Origin: Patescibacteria group bacterium
GTDB taxonomy: Bacteria > Patescibacteriota > Patescibacteriia > UBA11705 > DATKZF01
Assembly (NCBI GenBank): GCA_049319825.1
Contig: JBMORT010000006.1
Location: 80,012-144,011, forward strand
Direction of reading: 5' to 3'
DNA length: 64,000 nucleotides
Position numbers and translations under genes: made by a program. How positions within the stretch are numbered: position 1 is the first letter of the stretch; the number at the start of each line of letters is the position of its first letter. Positions 29,246-39,800 of the stretch are shown in pieces. The notes below the pieces were generated by a model that saw only the letters and a program-made list of their open reading frames with translations, was not told the DNA's origin and searched no databases.

Positions 29246-30439
29246 ATGCCTATCGATACCAACGAACAACTTATCGAAGAATTACTTTCCCGCGGCGTGG
29301 AGAATATTTATCCGTCCAGAGAATTTTTGGAAGAAAAATTAAAAAGCGGCCAGAAGCTGACTCTGTATTTGGGAATCGATCCCACCGGACCGACCTTGCA
29401 TCTGGGGCACGCCATCCCATTACTTAAATTAAGGCAATTCCAGCAGCTCGGACATCAGGTTATCATGCTGATCGGCGACTTCACCGGCATGATCGGCGAC
29501 CCGACTGATAAAAGCGCCACCCGCGTCCGCCTGACCCGCGAGCAAGTTTTGGCAAATTGCAAAAATTATAAAAAGCAGGCGTCAAAAATTTTGGATTTCA
29601 CAGGCAAAAATAAAGTCGAAGTGAAATATAATTCCAAATGGCTGGCGAAAATGAGCTTTGCGGACATCGTTGAGCTTTCCGCTCATTTTACAGTGCAGCG
29701 GCTGCTCGAACGCGACATGTTTGAAAAAAGAATGAAGGAAGGGAAGCCTATTTATCTCCATGAATTCATGTATCCGCTGATGCAGGGGTATGATTCGGTG
29801 GCCATGAATGTGGACGGCGAGGTCGGCGGCAATGACCAGACTTATAATATGTTAGCCGGTAGAGATTTGATGAAATCTTTAACCGACAAAGATAAATTTG
29901 TGATCACCATGAAGCTTTTGGCCGATCCGACCGGAAAGAAAATGGGCAAGACCGAAGGCAATATGGTCGCTTTAAGCGACTCGGCTGAAGAAATGTTCGG
30001 TAAAGTGATGGCTTGGCCCGATGAACTGATTATTCCGGGTCTGGCGCTGGTCACCAGAGCGCCGCTTGAAAAAATCGAGGAAGTGGCGGCCCGGCTCGAT
30101 GCCGGTGAAAATCCCAGAAATTTCAAATTGGAATTGGCCAAGGAAGTGGTCAGGACTTTTGTCGGTACTGAGGAAGCGGAATCGGCTGAGCAAAATTTCG
30201 TCAAAGTCTTTTCGAAAAAAGAAAAGCCGGAAGAAATCAGTGAGGTGCCTGTCAGCTCTTACAATATTATTGACGCGCTGCTTGAAACGAAATCGGTGCC
30301 TTCCCGGTCAGAAGCGAAAAGGGCGATTGATCAAAAAGGCGTAAAGGTTAATGATACAATAGTTGAAGGCTATGATTTTGAATTGAAGTCCGGGGATTTG
30401 ATTCAGAAGGGGAAGCGGTTTTTTGTGAAGATAAAATAG
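29246..30439 (+). CDS. tyrS: Tyrosyl-tRNA synthetase with a C-terminal S4 domain
   Basis: HLGH, KMGKT, S4-like C-terminus. The ATG at 29246 is preferred over the GTG at 29231. Confidence 0.9.
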   Translation: MPIDTNEQLIEELLSRGVENIYPSREFLEEKLKSGQKLTLYLGIDPTGPTLHLGHAIPLLKLRQFQQLGHQVIMLIGDFTGMIGDPTDKSATRVRLTREQVLANCKNYKKQASKILDFTGKNKVEVKYNSKWLAKMSFADIVELSAHFTVQRLLERDMFEKRMKEGKPIYLHEFMYPLMQGYDSVAMNVDGEVGGNDQTYNMLAGRDLMKSLTDKDKFVITMKLLADPTGKKMGKTEGNMVALSDSAEEMFGKVMAWPDELIIPGLALVTRAPLEKIEEVAARLDAGENPRNFKLELAKEVVRTFVGTEEAESAEQNFVKVFSKKEKPEEISEVPVSSYNIIDALLETKSVPSRSEAKRAIDQKGVKVNDTIVEGYDFELKSGDLIQKGKRFFVKIK

Positions 30440-30517
30440 AGTTTACGGATTATTACGGATATTACGGAAAAAAAATTAGTATAATTAGTATTCATTCGTA
30501 TATTAGCATCGATACAT

Positions 30518-32182
30518 ATGTATCAAAGCATTCTCAAAAAAATAATCCTAAAATTAATTGACACGGGTCCGGTTTTTAAAAACGTAAAGCCGGAAAATTT
30601 TACTTTTCCGCCAATGGTTGAACTGGGGGACCTGAGCTTGCCGGTTTTTGATTTGGCCGACGGCAATCCGGCTGAGTTTGCCGCGAGCCTGGCCGAAAAG
30701 CTCGGCTCAAATGAAGTTTGGGAAAAGGTTGAAGCTAAGGGGCCGTATCTGAATTTCTACTTTAAAGCAGAAGTTTGGGCGAAAGATTTCATTGAGGCAG
30801 CAGGTAAAAGGCAGCAGGCAGCTGGTCAGAAAGTGATGATTGAATATTCACAGCCCAATACGCATAAGGAATTTCATGTCGGGCATCTTAGAAACGCCTG
30901 TTTGGGCGCGGCCATTGTCAATTTGTATCGGTTCGCCGGCAATAAAGTGATTGCCGCCACCTATGTCAATGATGTCGGCCTGCATGTGGCCAAATGCCTG
31001 TGGGCGTATTTGAAATTTCATCAAGGCGAAGAGCCGGCCAGCGAGCAGACTAGGTTCCTCGGCAAAATTTATACTGAAGCGGTACAAAAAATGGAAAAGG
31101 ACGAGACTATTAAAAGCGAGGTTGATGAAATTTTAAAAAAGCTTGAGCGAAAAGACAAAGACATAATGAAATCATGGAAAAAAACTCAGAAGTGGAGCGT
31201 TGAAGATTTTAAGAGAATTTATAAACTGCTGGGAGTGAAATTCGACGAATGGTATTTTGAGAGCGATATTTTAGAAAACGGCAGAAAGATAGTCGGTGAC
31301 CTTTTGAAAAAAGGCATTGCCAAAAAAGACCAGGGCGCGGTTATTGTTGATTTGAAAAAATACAATCTTGACGTGCTGTTGATACTAAAGTCTGACGGCA
31401 CGACCTTGTACTCGACCAGTGACCTGGCCTTGGCCTACAAAAAAGCGAAAAAGAAAGTTGATGTCAGCATCTATGTTGTTGACAACCGGCAGACATTGTA
31501 TTTAAAACAAATATTCAAAACTTTAGCGCTGGCCGGATTTGAAGAAAAGATGGTTCATATCCCTTATGATTTTGTGAATTTGCCCGCAGGCGCGCTATCG
31601 TCTCGAAAGGGAAATATTGTTTCTTTTGACGAGCTTTTTAATAAGATGATGGAAAAAAGCATGGCCGAGACCCAGAAGAGACACAGCGATTGGCATGGCA
31701 AAAAGATAAAAGAAGTTGCTGAAAAGATTTCCTTAGCTGCCATAAAAATCGGAATGTTAAAGTATGGCAATAATAAAGTCATTACTTTTGACATGGATGA
31801 AGCGCTCAGCTTTGACGGCAAGACCGGCCCTTATCTTTTATATACATCCGCTCGAATCAATTCGATAAAGGAAAAATTGAAAACCGTCGGCGCTGCGGAT
31901 TACAGTTTGCTTGAGAAAACCGAGGAAAGAGAGCTGCTTAAATTACTGGCGAATAATGAAAATGAGATTGAAAGAGCATGCAGGGAAAATGATCCGTCGG
32001 TTCTGTGCAATTATTTATTTGATCTGGCCCAGGCTTTCAATGATTTTTACCAAAAGCATTCGATCATTCGCGCTGAGGATAAAAAACTGCGGGCAGCCAG
32101 ATTTAATCTGGCGCAGGCGGTGGGGAAAAAACTTCGTCAGGGATTGGGCCTGCTTAATGTGGAGTGGTTGGCGAAGATGTAG
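30518..32182 (+). CDS. argS: Arginyl-tRNA synthetase
   Basis: HVGHLRNA class-I motif and a DALR-like C-terminus; 554 aa. Confidence 0.9.
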   Translation: MYQSILKKIILKLIDTGPVFKNVKPENFTFPPMVELGDLSLPVFDLADGNPAEFAASLAEKLGSNEVWEKVEAKGPYLNFYFKAEVWAKDFIEAAGKRQQAAGQKVMIEYSQPNTHKEFHVGHLRNACLGAAIVNLYRFAGNKVIAATYVNDVGLHVAKCLWAYLKFHQGEEPASEQTRFLGKIYTEAVQKMEKDETIKSEVDEILKKLERKDKDIMKSWKKTQKWSVEDFKRIYKLLGVKFDEWYFESDILENGRKIVGDLLKKGIAKKDQGAVIVDLKKYNLDVLLILKSDGTTLYSTSDLALAYKKAKKKVDVSIYVVDNRQTLYLKQIFKTLALAGFEEKMVHIPYDFVNLPAGALSSRKGNIVSFDELFNKMMEKSMAETQKRHSDWHGKKIKEVAEKISLAAIKIGMLKYGNNKVITFDMDEALSFDGKTGPYLLYTSARINSIKEKLKTVGAADYSLLEKTEERELLKLLANNENEIERACRENDPSVLCNYLFDLAQAFNDFYQKHSIIRAEDKKLRAARFNLAQAVGKKLRQGLGLLNVEWLAKM

Positions 32183-32281
32183 AGTTTTTCACTGCTGTTT
32201 AGAGTGGATTCCCGCTTGCGCGGGAATGACAGCCGGGGCAGTGGAATAAAGCTCAGATTAAAAACTTGTTAATAAAAAAAT

Positions 32282-32303
32282 AGCCAGCCGGCTGTTTTTT
32301 TTG
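32282..32303. terminator. Intrinsic terminator after argS
   Basis: CAGCCGGCTG palindrome followed by T8, preceded by an A-run (bidirectional). Confidence 0.6.
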
Positions 32304-32434
32304 TATAATAAAAAAAGAAACTGGAAATTGTCCGCCAGAGGCGGATACGCCTTCGGCGGAGAAACCGGAAATTTGAAATTAGGGATTGGAATGTTTCCAA
32401 ATCGTTACGAATTGATATTAATCTCACTAAGTTT

Positions 32435-33118
32435 ATGAAGCTTAGAATTTTTGTATATTTTATTGTATTATTTTTACTGCCGGGCTCGGCGCTGGCCGTG
32501 GGCATGAGCGGCACGAATTACGAAATACCTTTCGACTCAATCAATATCGGCGGCAGTGATTTTTCCGGCTCTGCCAATTATTTGATGTTTGATACCATGG
32601 GCGAAGCCGGGACCGATTTTTCCAGCTCCGCAAATTATCAAATGAACGTGGCCGGTTATCGCCAAAAGGATTTGGTGACGACTTTAAGTTTATCGCTGAA
32701 CACCAGCAATTTGAATTTGGGTCAAATTAAGCCGTCTGAAAACGCCAGCGGATCGATCACCGCCACGGTGACCACCAATGCGGCCAACGGCTATGACCTT
32801 TATATTAAAAAAAATCAATTACTGACTTCGGCCGGGCACAGCATATCGGATTTCAGCGGCACGATCGCCGCGCCGATCGCTTGGAGCGGCGTTGGTTTCG
32901 GCTTCACGCTGATCAGCGGCACCGGTCTGGACATCAAATGGGGCAGCGGCGCCAATTTCGCCGCCGTTCCCGGAGCTTCAACTTTGACTCACACCAAACC
33001 GGCCCTGTCTTTGATCCCCGATGACACGCAATTCGGATTTAAGGTCGAACTTGATTCAAATCAATCGTCGGGCATATATTCAAACACCATTACTTTTACC
33101 GCCTTGCCGAAATTATGA
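32435..33118 (+). CDS. Secreted protein (227 aa) with internal repeats; possibly WxL-like
   Basis: Signal peptide MKLRIFVYFIVLFLLPGSALA. The C-terminus ...TITFTALPKL resembles a WxL tail. Its stop overlaps the next ATG (ATGA). Confidence 0.75.
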   Translation: MKLRIFVYFIVLFLLPGSALAVGMSGTNYEIPFDSINIGGSDFSGSANYLMFDTMGEAGTDFSSSANYQMNVAGYRQKDLVTTLSLSLNTSNLNLGQIKPSENASGSITATVTTNAANGYDLYIKKNQLLTSAGHSISDFSGTIAAPIAWSGVGFGFTLISGTGLDIKWGSGANFAAVPGASTLTHTKPALSLIPDDTQFGFKVELDSNQSSGIYSNTITFTALPKL

Positions 33119-33978
33119 TGCGCGTTTCCAAAAAGATATTATTAATCAGCTTGATGCTATCGATATTAACGCCGCTATCGAGTATCGCCCAAACGCAAAT
33201 TTCATTGGCAGTGACGCCGCTCAAGCACGTTTTCAGCATCGAGCCCGGGCAAAGTCAGCAGGGAGAAATTTTTTTAAAGAATAATTCGACAGTCGCGTTA
33301 AAGGTCGTTCCCCGAGTGGTGGCTTTTCGGACGATCGACGATCAAGGCACTTTGGAGATCATCGAAGGCGATTTCACCGACTATGTTTCCTTGCCGGTGA
33401 GCGTGTTTGAGCTGATCCCCGGGGAAAGAAGACAAATAAATTTTAACGTTTTCGCTCCCGCCAATGAGAGTGGCGGACGTTATTTCGCCATATTATTCGC
33501 CGCCGATACTGTCGATCAGACAGCGGGGGCGTCTTTTTCGGGCGAGGTCGGCAGTTTGGTTTTTATGGAGATCCTTGGAGATATTTGGCATCAGACCGAA
33601 ATAAAGGATGTTCGATCAAAAAAAATTTACTGGAGTCAGCCGGAATTGTCGATCACTTTGGAAAATAAAGGCAATACGCACAGCGCGCCGTTTGGAGAAA
33701 TAAAATTTTTTAATCTATTCGGTCAGAAAAAAGAAACCGTCACCGCATTTTGGCCCCAGATATTGCCGGGCGGCGAACGGCAGCTGCATATTTCTCCGCG
33801 TGGAAATTTTTTCGGGTACTATAAAGCCCAAATCGGGCTAGTTGATAGCGAATGGAATTATTTAACCGAGGAAATCGATTTTTGGGTCTTGCCGAAAATT
33901 TATATTTTTGAAATTTTAATATTGCTGGCGGCGGCAATTTTTACAGCCGCGTTCATCAAGAAAAAATCCCATGCTTAA
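33115..33978 (+). CDS. DUF916/DUF3324-like cell-surface protein (signal peptide plus C-terminal TM and basic tail)
   Basis: FSIEPGQSQQGEIFLKNNSTVALKV matches the DUF916 N-terminal pattern. C-terminal hydrophobic helix followed by KKKSHA. Confidence 0.7.
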   Translation: MMRVSKKILLISLMLSILTPLSSIAQTQISLAVTPLKHVFSIEPGQSQQGEIFLKNNSTVALKVVPRVVAFRTIDDQGTLEIIEGDFTDYVSLPVSVFELIPGERRQINFNVFAPANESGGRYFAILFAADTVDQTAGASFSGEVGSLVFMEILGDIWHQTEIKDVRSKKIYWSQPELSITLENKGNTHSAPFGEIKFFNLFGQKKETVTAFWPQILPGGERQLHISPRGNFFGYYKAQIGLVDSEWNYLTEEIDFWVLPKIYIFEILILLAAAIFTAAFIKKKSHA

Positions 33979-36697
33979 AGGAGGAAAATTAATCTTTGGC
34001 TTGATTCTGTGCGCCGCGTCATTGCTTGGCGGTGCGGTTTTTGGTTTGGCGGCTTCTTCGGATTCGACCGTTCAGGTCGAGGTGCTGCCGACGGGCGGCA
34101 ATATCACGCCGCCGCCGGATCAAGACCGAACCGCGCCGATTATTTCCAACATTCAAGTTATAAATATCACTGGCGATTCGGCCACCATCACTTGGGACAC
34201 GAGCGAGCCGGCGTCGTCGCTTATTTATTTCGGTGAAACCGCGGCCTACGGCCAATCCGTTGTTGACGGCAATTTATTAACCAGCCATTCTTTAAATATT
34301 TTCGGTTTGAACCCGGCAACGCTTTATCATTTTAACATCGTGGCCACCGACGCGGCGGCCAATTCAGCACAGTCCGGAGATTATACGTTCACGACCGCCT
34401 CAGCCGCCGGGTTATACGCGCCCGGTCCGCCGATTTTGGATGCCTGGTCCGCTTCGGTGATAAATTTGACAATCGATACCAACGGTAATGCCGGCGACGT
34501 GCTTTACGCGATCAACGAAACGACCACCGGCCGCTATCTGTCGCCGAGCGGCGCTCTGGTCGTGTCTCCGACTTGGCAAACATTCACCAGCTGGGGCAGC
34601 GCGTTTGGCAAAAACGTCATTGGTTTATCGGAAAACACCAGATATACTTTTCGCGTTAGAGCCAAAAACGATGCCGGCGAATCAGCTTGGTCGGAATCAT
34701 CATCGGCCTACACTTTAATCAATAAACCGACCAGTTTGATGTTGATCGATGCCGGTTTATATAATTTAATAATCCGCGCGCAGGGCACATTGCCCAATAT
34801 TGGGGCCGGGTCAACGGCTTTGCGGTTTGAAAATGTTTCGACCGGGCAGGTTTCCGGCTGGATCCCCAATTTAAGCTGGAATAACCTCGGTCTTAATCCC
34901 GGTAGTCCTTATTCTTTCCGGGTGAAAGCCAGAAACGGCGATGGGCGAGAGACCGATTATACCGAATTGTTCGTGTTCTCGACTCATTCCCAGCTGCCGC
35001 AGTGTAGCGACGGCCGCGACAATGATAACGATAATTTTATCGATTATCCGGCCGACTCGGGTTGTGACAGCCCCAATGACAACAATGAAGAAAATTTGGT
35101 TGAAATTCCCCGCCAATGCTCGGATGGTATTGATAATGACAGTGATGGATTTACGGATTATCCTACAGATCAGGGTTGTGTTAGCCCGGAGGATGATAAT
35201 GAGCAAGATGAAGAAATAATCGAACCCTTGCCCCAGTGCGCTGATGGCATTGATAATGATAACGACGGCTTTGTCGATTATCCGGCCGACCTGGGCTGCG
35301 TCAGCGCGACAGACGACAGCGAGCTTGAGCCGCCGGTGGTTTTACCGGCCTGCGCCGACGGCATTGATAATGACGGCGACGGTTTAATCGATTATCCGGC
35401 TGACCCGGGTTGCGCTTCCCAGCTTGACAATGACGAAGTTGACGTGATTTATGAAGAAGCGATCACGCCGTCCGTTTCCGAGCGCGTCTCGGAAAATATT
35501 GGGCAAGCGCTCGAGGTCATTAAGCGCAACGCGGCCGTGGCTTTCATGCTCGATAATTTTTTTAACGATCCGGCAGTGGAAGCCGTGACGGAAAAAGTCG
35601 GGTTTCCGGCGATCGCCGCCGTAACCGCCCTAAACATCATCTCTATTTTTTCATTGGCGGGAATATTGCCATACCTGCTGTTCGTTTTCAGTGAACCGAT
35701 TTTGATTTTATTCAAGAAAAAACGAAAGAAATTCGGGGTGGTTTATGATTCAATTACCAAAAAACCTGTTGATTTAGCGATTTTAAGACTTTATGAACAA
35801 AACACCAATAAACTGATTCAAACTCGAGTATCGGATAAAGACGGGCGATTCGCTTTCATCGTTGATCCGGGAACATATTATATCAAAGCGTTTAAAAAGG
35901 AATATCTTTTCCCGACAGTGGTTTTGCAAAATCAAAAAGAGGATGTTTTTTACATTGATTTGTATCACGGAGAAAATATCAGCGTCACAGAAAAAGTGAC
36001 GATTACTCCAAATATTCCGCTTGATCCGGAAAAAGCGACTGAGCCGGCGAAAAAAGTTTTGGTGGTTCACGCGCTACGTAAATTTCAGAAAGTCCTGGCG
36101 CTGCTTGGGCCGCTGGCCACGCTGGTTATTTTAATGATAAAGCCGAGCTGGATTTGGGTGTTGCTTTTGGCGTTGCACATTTTACTGTATATCATATTTC
36201 GGCGGCTGGCCATGCCCGGCAAACCAAAAAGTTGGGGCATTGTCGCGGATAATATCGATAAAAAGCCGTTGAACCGCGCCGTTGTGCGATTGTACGACAG
36301 TAAGTATAATAAATTGTTGGAAACCCAAGTGACTGATAATCAAGGCAGATACGGTTTTATCGCAGGAAAAAACATTTATTACATCACCGCGGAGCGCCGC
36401 GGCTATCAGCCGGAAAAAACCAATAACATCGAACAAAATAAGATTGAGGGAGAGGCGGTTACCAGAAATTTATTTATGCAGCCGGCGGGAAAAACGGTCA
36501 CGACGCAAACCGCGACCGCGCCGGCCGCGCCGGTGTCTCCGTCGCCGGCAATTCAGTCGCGCCCCGCGGTTAGAAATTTACCGCATCAGTGGCGCGGTGA
36601 GGAATCAGCACAGGAAATTAAAGAAGAAACAGCCGGTGAAGATTTTGAATTCAAGGAAAGGGCCAAGGATATAAATATTCCTTGGAGCCAGCAATGA
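33971..36697 (+). CDS. Large membrane-anchored surface protein (908 aa): signal peptide, FN3-like domains, 4x Cys-bracketed Asp-rich repeats, 2x carboxypeptidase-regulatory-like domains separated by TM segments
   Basis: Repeats C.DG.DND.D.F.DYP.D.GC occur four times. VYDSITKKPVDLAILRLYEQ and VADNIDKKPLNRAVVRLYDS are paired beta-sandwich units. Confidence 0.85.
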   Translation: MLKGGKLIFGLILCAASLLGGAVFGLAASSDSTVQVEVLPTGGNITPPPDQDRTAPIISNIQVINITGDSATITWDTSEPASSLIYFGETAAYGQSVVDGNLLTSHSLNIFGLNPATLYHFNIVATDAAANSAQSGDYTFTTASAAGLYAPGPPILDAWSASVINLTIDTNGNAGDVLYAINETTTGRYLSPSGALVVSPTWQTFTSWGSAFGKNVIGLSENTRYTFRVRAKNDAGESAWSESSSAYTLINKPTSLMLIDAGLYNLIIRAQGTLPNIGAGSTALRFENVSTGQVSGWIPNLSWNNLGLNPGSPYSFRVKARNGDGRETDYTELFVFSTHSQLPQCSDGRDNDNDNFIDYPADSGCDSPNDNNEENLVEIPRQCSDGIDNDSDGFTDYPTDQGCVSPEDDNEQDEEIIEPLPQCADGIDNDNDGFVDYPADLGCVSATDDSELEPPVVLPACADGIDNDGDGLIDYPADPGCASQLDNDEVDVIYEEAITPSVSERVSENIGQALEVIKRNAAVAFMLDNFFNDPAVEAVTEKVGFPAIAAVTALNIISIFSLAGILPYLLFVFSEPILILFKKKRKKFGVVYDSITKKPVDLAILRLYEQNTNKLIQTRVSDKDGRFAFIVDPGTYYIKAFKKEYLFPTVVLQNQKEDVFYIDLYHGENISVTEKVTITPNIPLDPEKATEPAKKVLVVHALRKFQKVLALLGPLATLVILMIKPSWIWVLLLALHILLYIIFRRLAMPGKPKSWGIVADNIDKKPLNRAVVRLYDSKYNKLLETQVTDNQGRYGFIAGKNIYYITAERRGYQPEKTNNIEQNKIEGEAVTRNLFMQPAGKTVTTQTATAPAAPVSPSPAIQSRPAVRNLPHQWRGEESAQEIKEETAGEDFEFKERAKDINIPWSQQ

Positions 36698-36809
36698 GCG
36701 GATTGGTAAATCAGGAGGCGAGTATGGACAGACTGCTGCCGCCTCGTTTCCATTTTCCAGTTTTCAATTCCTCGTTTGTGAATAACTTTTTAATTTAATC
36801 ATATAATTT

Positions 36810-39800
36810 GTGGTAAAATATAAATCAGTAAATAATTTATCGTTTGTGAACGCTGGTAAAAAGAAAAGCTGGGTATTTTCAATTTTATTATTAGTGGCGC
36901 TGATTGCGGTTTCCGCCAATGTTTTTGTTTTTGAATCTAAGGCGGCAGTTACCAAGTATATCAACTATCAGGGGAAATTGACGGACAATTTGGGAAATCC
37001 GGTAGTCGACGGACCTTATACCATTCGTTTTCGAATATATAATCACGCGACCAACGACGCTGCCAATCCCTGCAATCCGGGAGTAAACTCATGCTTGTGG
37101 GAGGAAACTAAGGTGGTGACCACCACGAGCGGTTTGTTCACCAGCTATCTTGGCGATTCGACTGGGTTTGTCGATACCAATTTGTTAAATTATAACGGCG
37201 CTTCATATTACCTCGGGGTATTGGTAACCGGCGATACGGAAATGACTCCCAGAAAAAGAATATCGGGCGCTTTGTACGCTTTGAACTCCGATCGTTTGGG
37301 CGGCAAGCAGGAATCGGCATTTGCCGATTTAGGCGAAGCGGAGTCAATCAGCGGACACTGGACTTTTGCCAACGCATCCACTGACATTCAAAATACTTTA
37401 TATACCGATCAAGTTTTTGTGGACGTGGGCGGCACCAATGTTGATTTGGAGTCAACGGCCACGCCCACGACATCCGGCGCTTTTGCGATTGGCGTCAATG
37501 ATGAATTCACCCATTCAAATAGCCTAAACGTTCAAGATGTGCTGGATGATTTGGACGCGGCCATTCCGGCCGGCGGAGTGGCGCCCGCAAACGCGACATA
37601 TTTGGTGAATAGCGCGGATCCGACTTTAACCAATGAAGTGGTGGTTTCGGCTTTAACGGCGAATTTGGCCATTCAGGGCGATGATGCCGCGTCCAGAACC
37701 ATCACCTTGGGTCAGACCGGTGCTTTTAATGACTTGGTTGTCATTGATGCCGGCAATTGGTCGGTGGACGCGGCGGGCAATTCGTCATTTTCCGGCAATT
37801 TGACCACGACAGCGGGTGATTTGATAGTCGGCACGACCGGTTTAAGCGAGACTACCGCGCCAAATGACAGCGGAGCTTATTTGGTGGGAGCATTCGATGA
37901 ATTTACTTATTCCGCTTCGACTAACGTTCAGGCGGTGCTTAATGACTTGGACGCGGCGCTTGGCGCGATCGATTTGTTTACCGACGGCGGCGCCACGACT
38001 TATCGGACCGACACGGCAGACAATTTCGCGATTGGCGCGGCGAGCTTAGCAGCGCCGTTTAGCGTCAATGTGGGTCAAAATACGGTCCGGCTGGGATCCG
38101 GTGCGGGTACAAATTCTCATTTAATCATGTATGATAACGCCGGCGCATCCGGAGACATGGCTTATGGATCTGACGCGTGGACTTACAGCGGCGGATCGAT
38201 AAATTATTTGTTCGGCGCCACTCAGCGATTAAATATTGACGCGTCCAGCACCACTCATACCGATACTCAAGGAGTGATCAATATCGATCTGACTTCAGAT
38301 ACTTCATTTGTATCCGCGATTGACGTTAAGACCAAGTCAAGCGCGGGTTTGTCGGCCGGCGCCTATCCGTTCGGATTTAAATCTCACTTGGTGCCCAACA
38401 GCGGCGACAGCGGATCGGCGGCCAGAATCGGATTTTATTCCGACGTGGCCAGCGACGAAGCTTTGGTGGCCGGAGATTTTAAGTCTCAATTGATCGGCTA
38501 CATGTTCTTGGCGGATCCGGCGTTCAGCAATCAAATTTTGGGCACTTCACCGGTGATCGGCTATTTATCCCAGATCAATTCAGCGTCCACGGGGCTGGCG
38601 ACCGGCTTTAGCGCGCAAATGTCGAAATCAAACGTGGGCAATGTTTTTGGAATCGATAATTCGGTCAATACTTCGGCTCTCGGCAGCGGGACCGGCATAA
38701 ACAATAATATCTATCATACCGGCACCGGCAATGCTTTTGGCATCAATTCTTCCGTTCAAAGCGCATCGACGGTCGGTTCCCTGTACGGTGAAGATTATTC
38801 GGTAACGGCTAATGCGGGATTTGGCGGTACAATTTTTGGCTCCAGCACCACAATGGTCAATAATTCAGCGGCCGCGGCCGGCGACCTGACCGGGTCATAT
38901 ATCAGCATCACCAATTCCGGCGGCAGTTCAATCAATGATATTTACGGCGCTCATATTGTCATTGACGATTCAGGCACCTCGGCATTGTCTTACGGAGTCA
39001 GTATTGGCAATGTCGGAGCCAATTATTTGGATTATTTGATGTATTTGGGGGGAAATGCTCATATTGGCGTCGAATTGATATCCAATATCGGCATTGGCAT
39101 TGATTTGGACAATGCCACGATCGCCACTGCCGATGTCCGGTTAAGTCAGGGCACGCAATTGATTGATCTGGGCGCGAGCACGCTGTCTTTTAACTCCCGC
39201 TTGGTTCCAGCCACTCCTAACACCTATGATATCGGCGCCAGTCCGGATAAATGGCGAAACGGATATTTTTCCGGCACGGTTTACGCGGGCAGCACCTTGC
39301 AGCTCTCGGATAGCGGCATTACCGACACCAACAGCAATTTGATTTTAACGGCGTCCGGATCCAATTACGTGGATATTCAAGACACATTATATGTTGACGG
39401 CTTGCAATCCGACGGTGATGCGCTGATTAACGGTGATTTGACAGGCACCGGCGACCTCGGGACAGCGGTTTCACCATGGCCCGCAGCCTACGTGACGACG
39501 CTCAACAGCGCTAATGGCATCAATTCCACCGGTGACACGACTTTTGTGCTGGGAGCGACCGATAAAGTTTTAATCGATGCCAGCTCTGATTTGCATGCCG
39601 CCGCTGGTTCCGGAGCGCTGCAGATAAATTACCGAAGTAATACTTCCAGCGGCGACGCCTTGCTAGTTAACGTGGACACGGCCGGAACTTCGGGACAGCT
39701 GGTTCATGGCGTCAGCACTAATATTAATACTCGAACAGGCGATAATACTCAGGTCAGGGGATATGAACTTCAGTTTACCGATAATGCGGCCACTTCCGAT

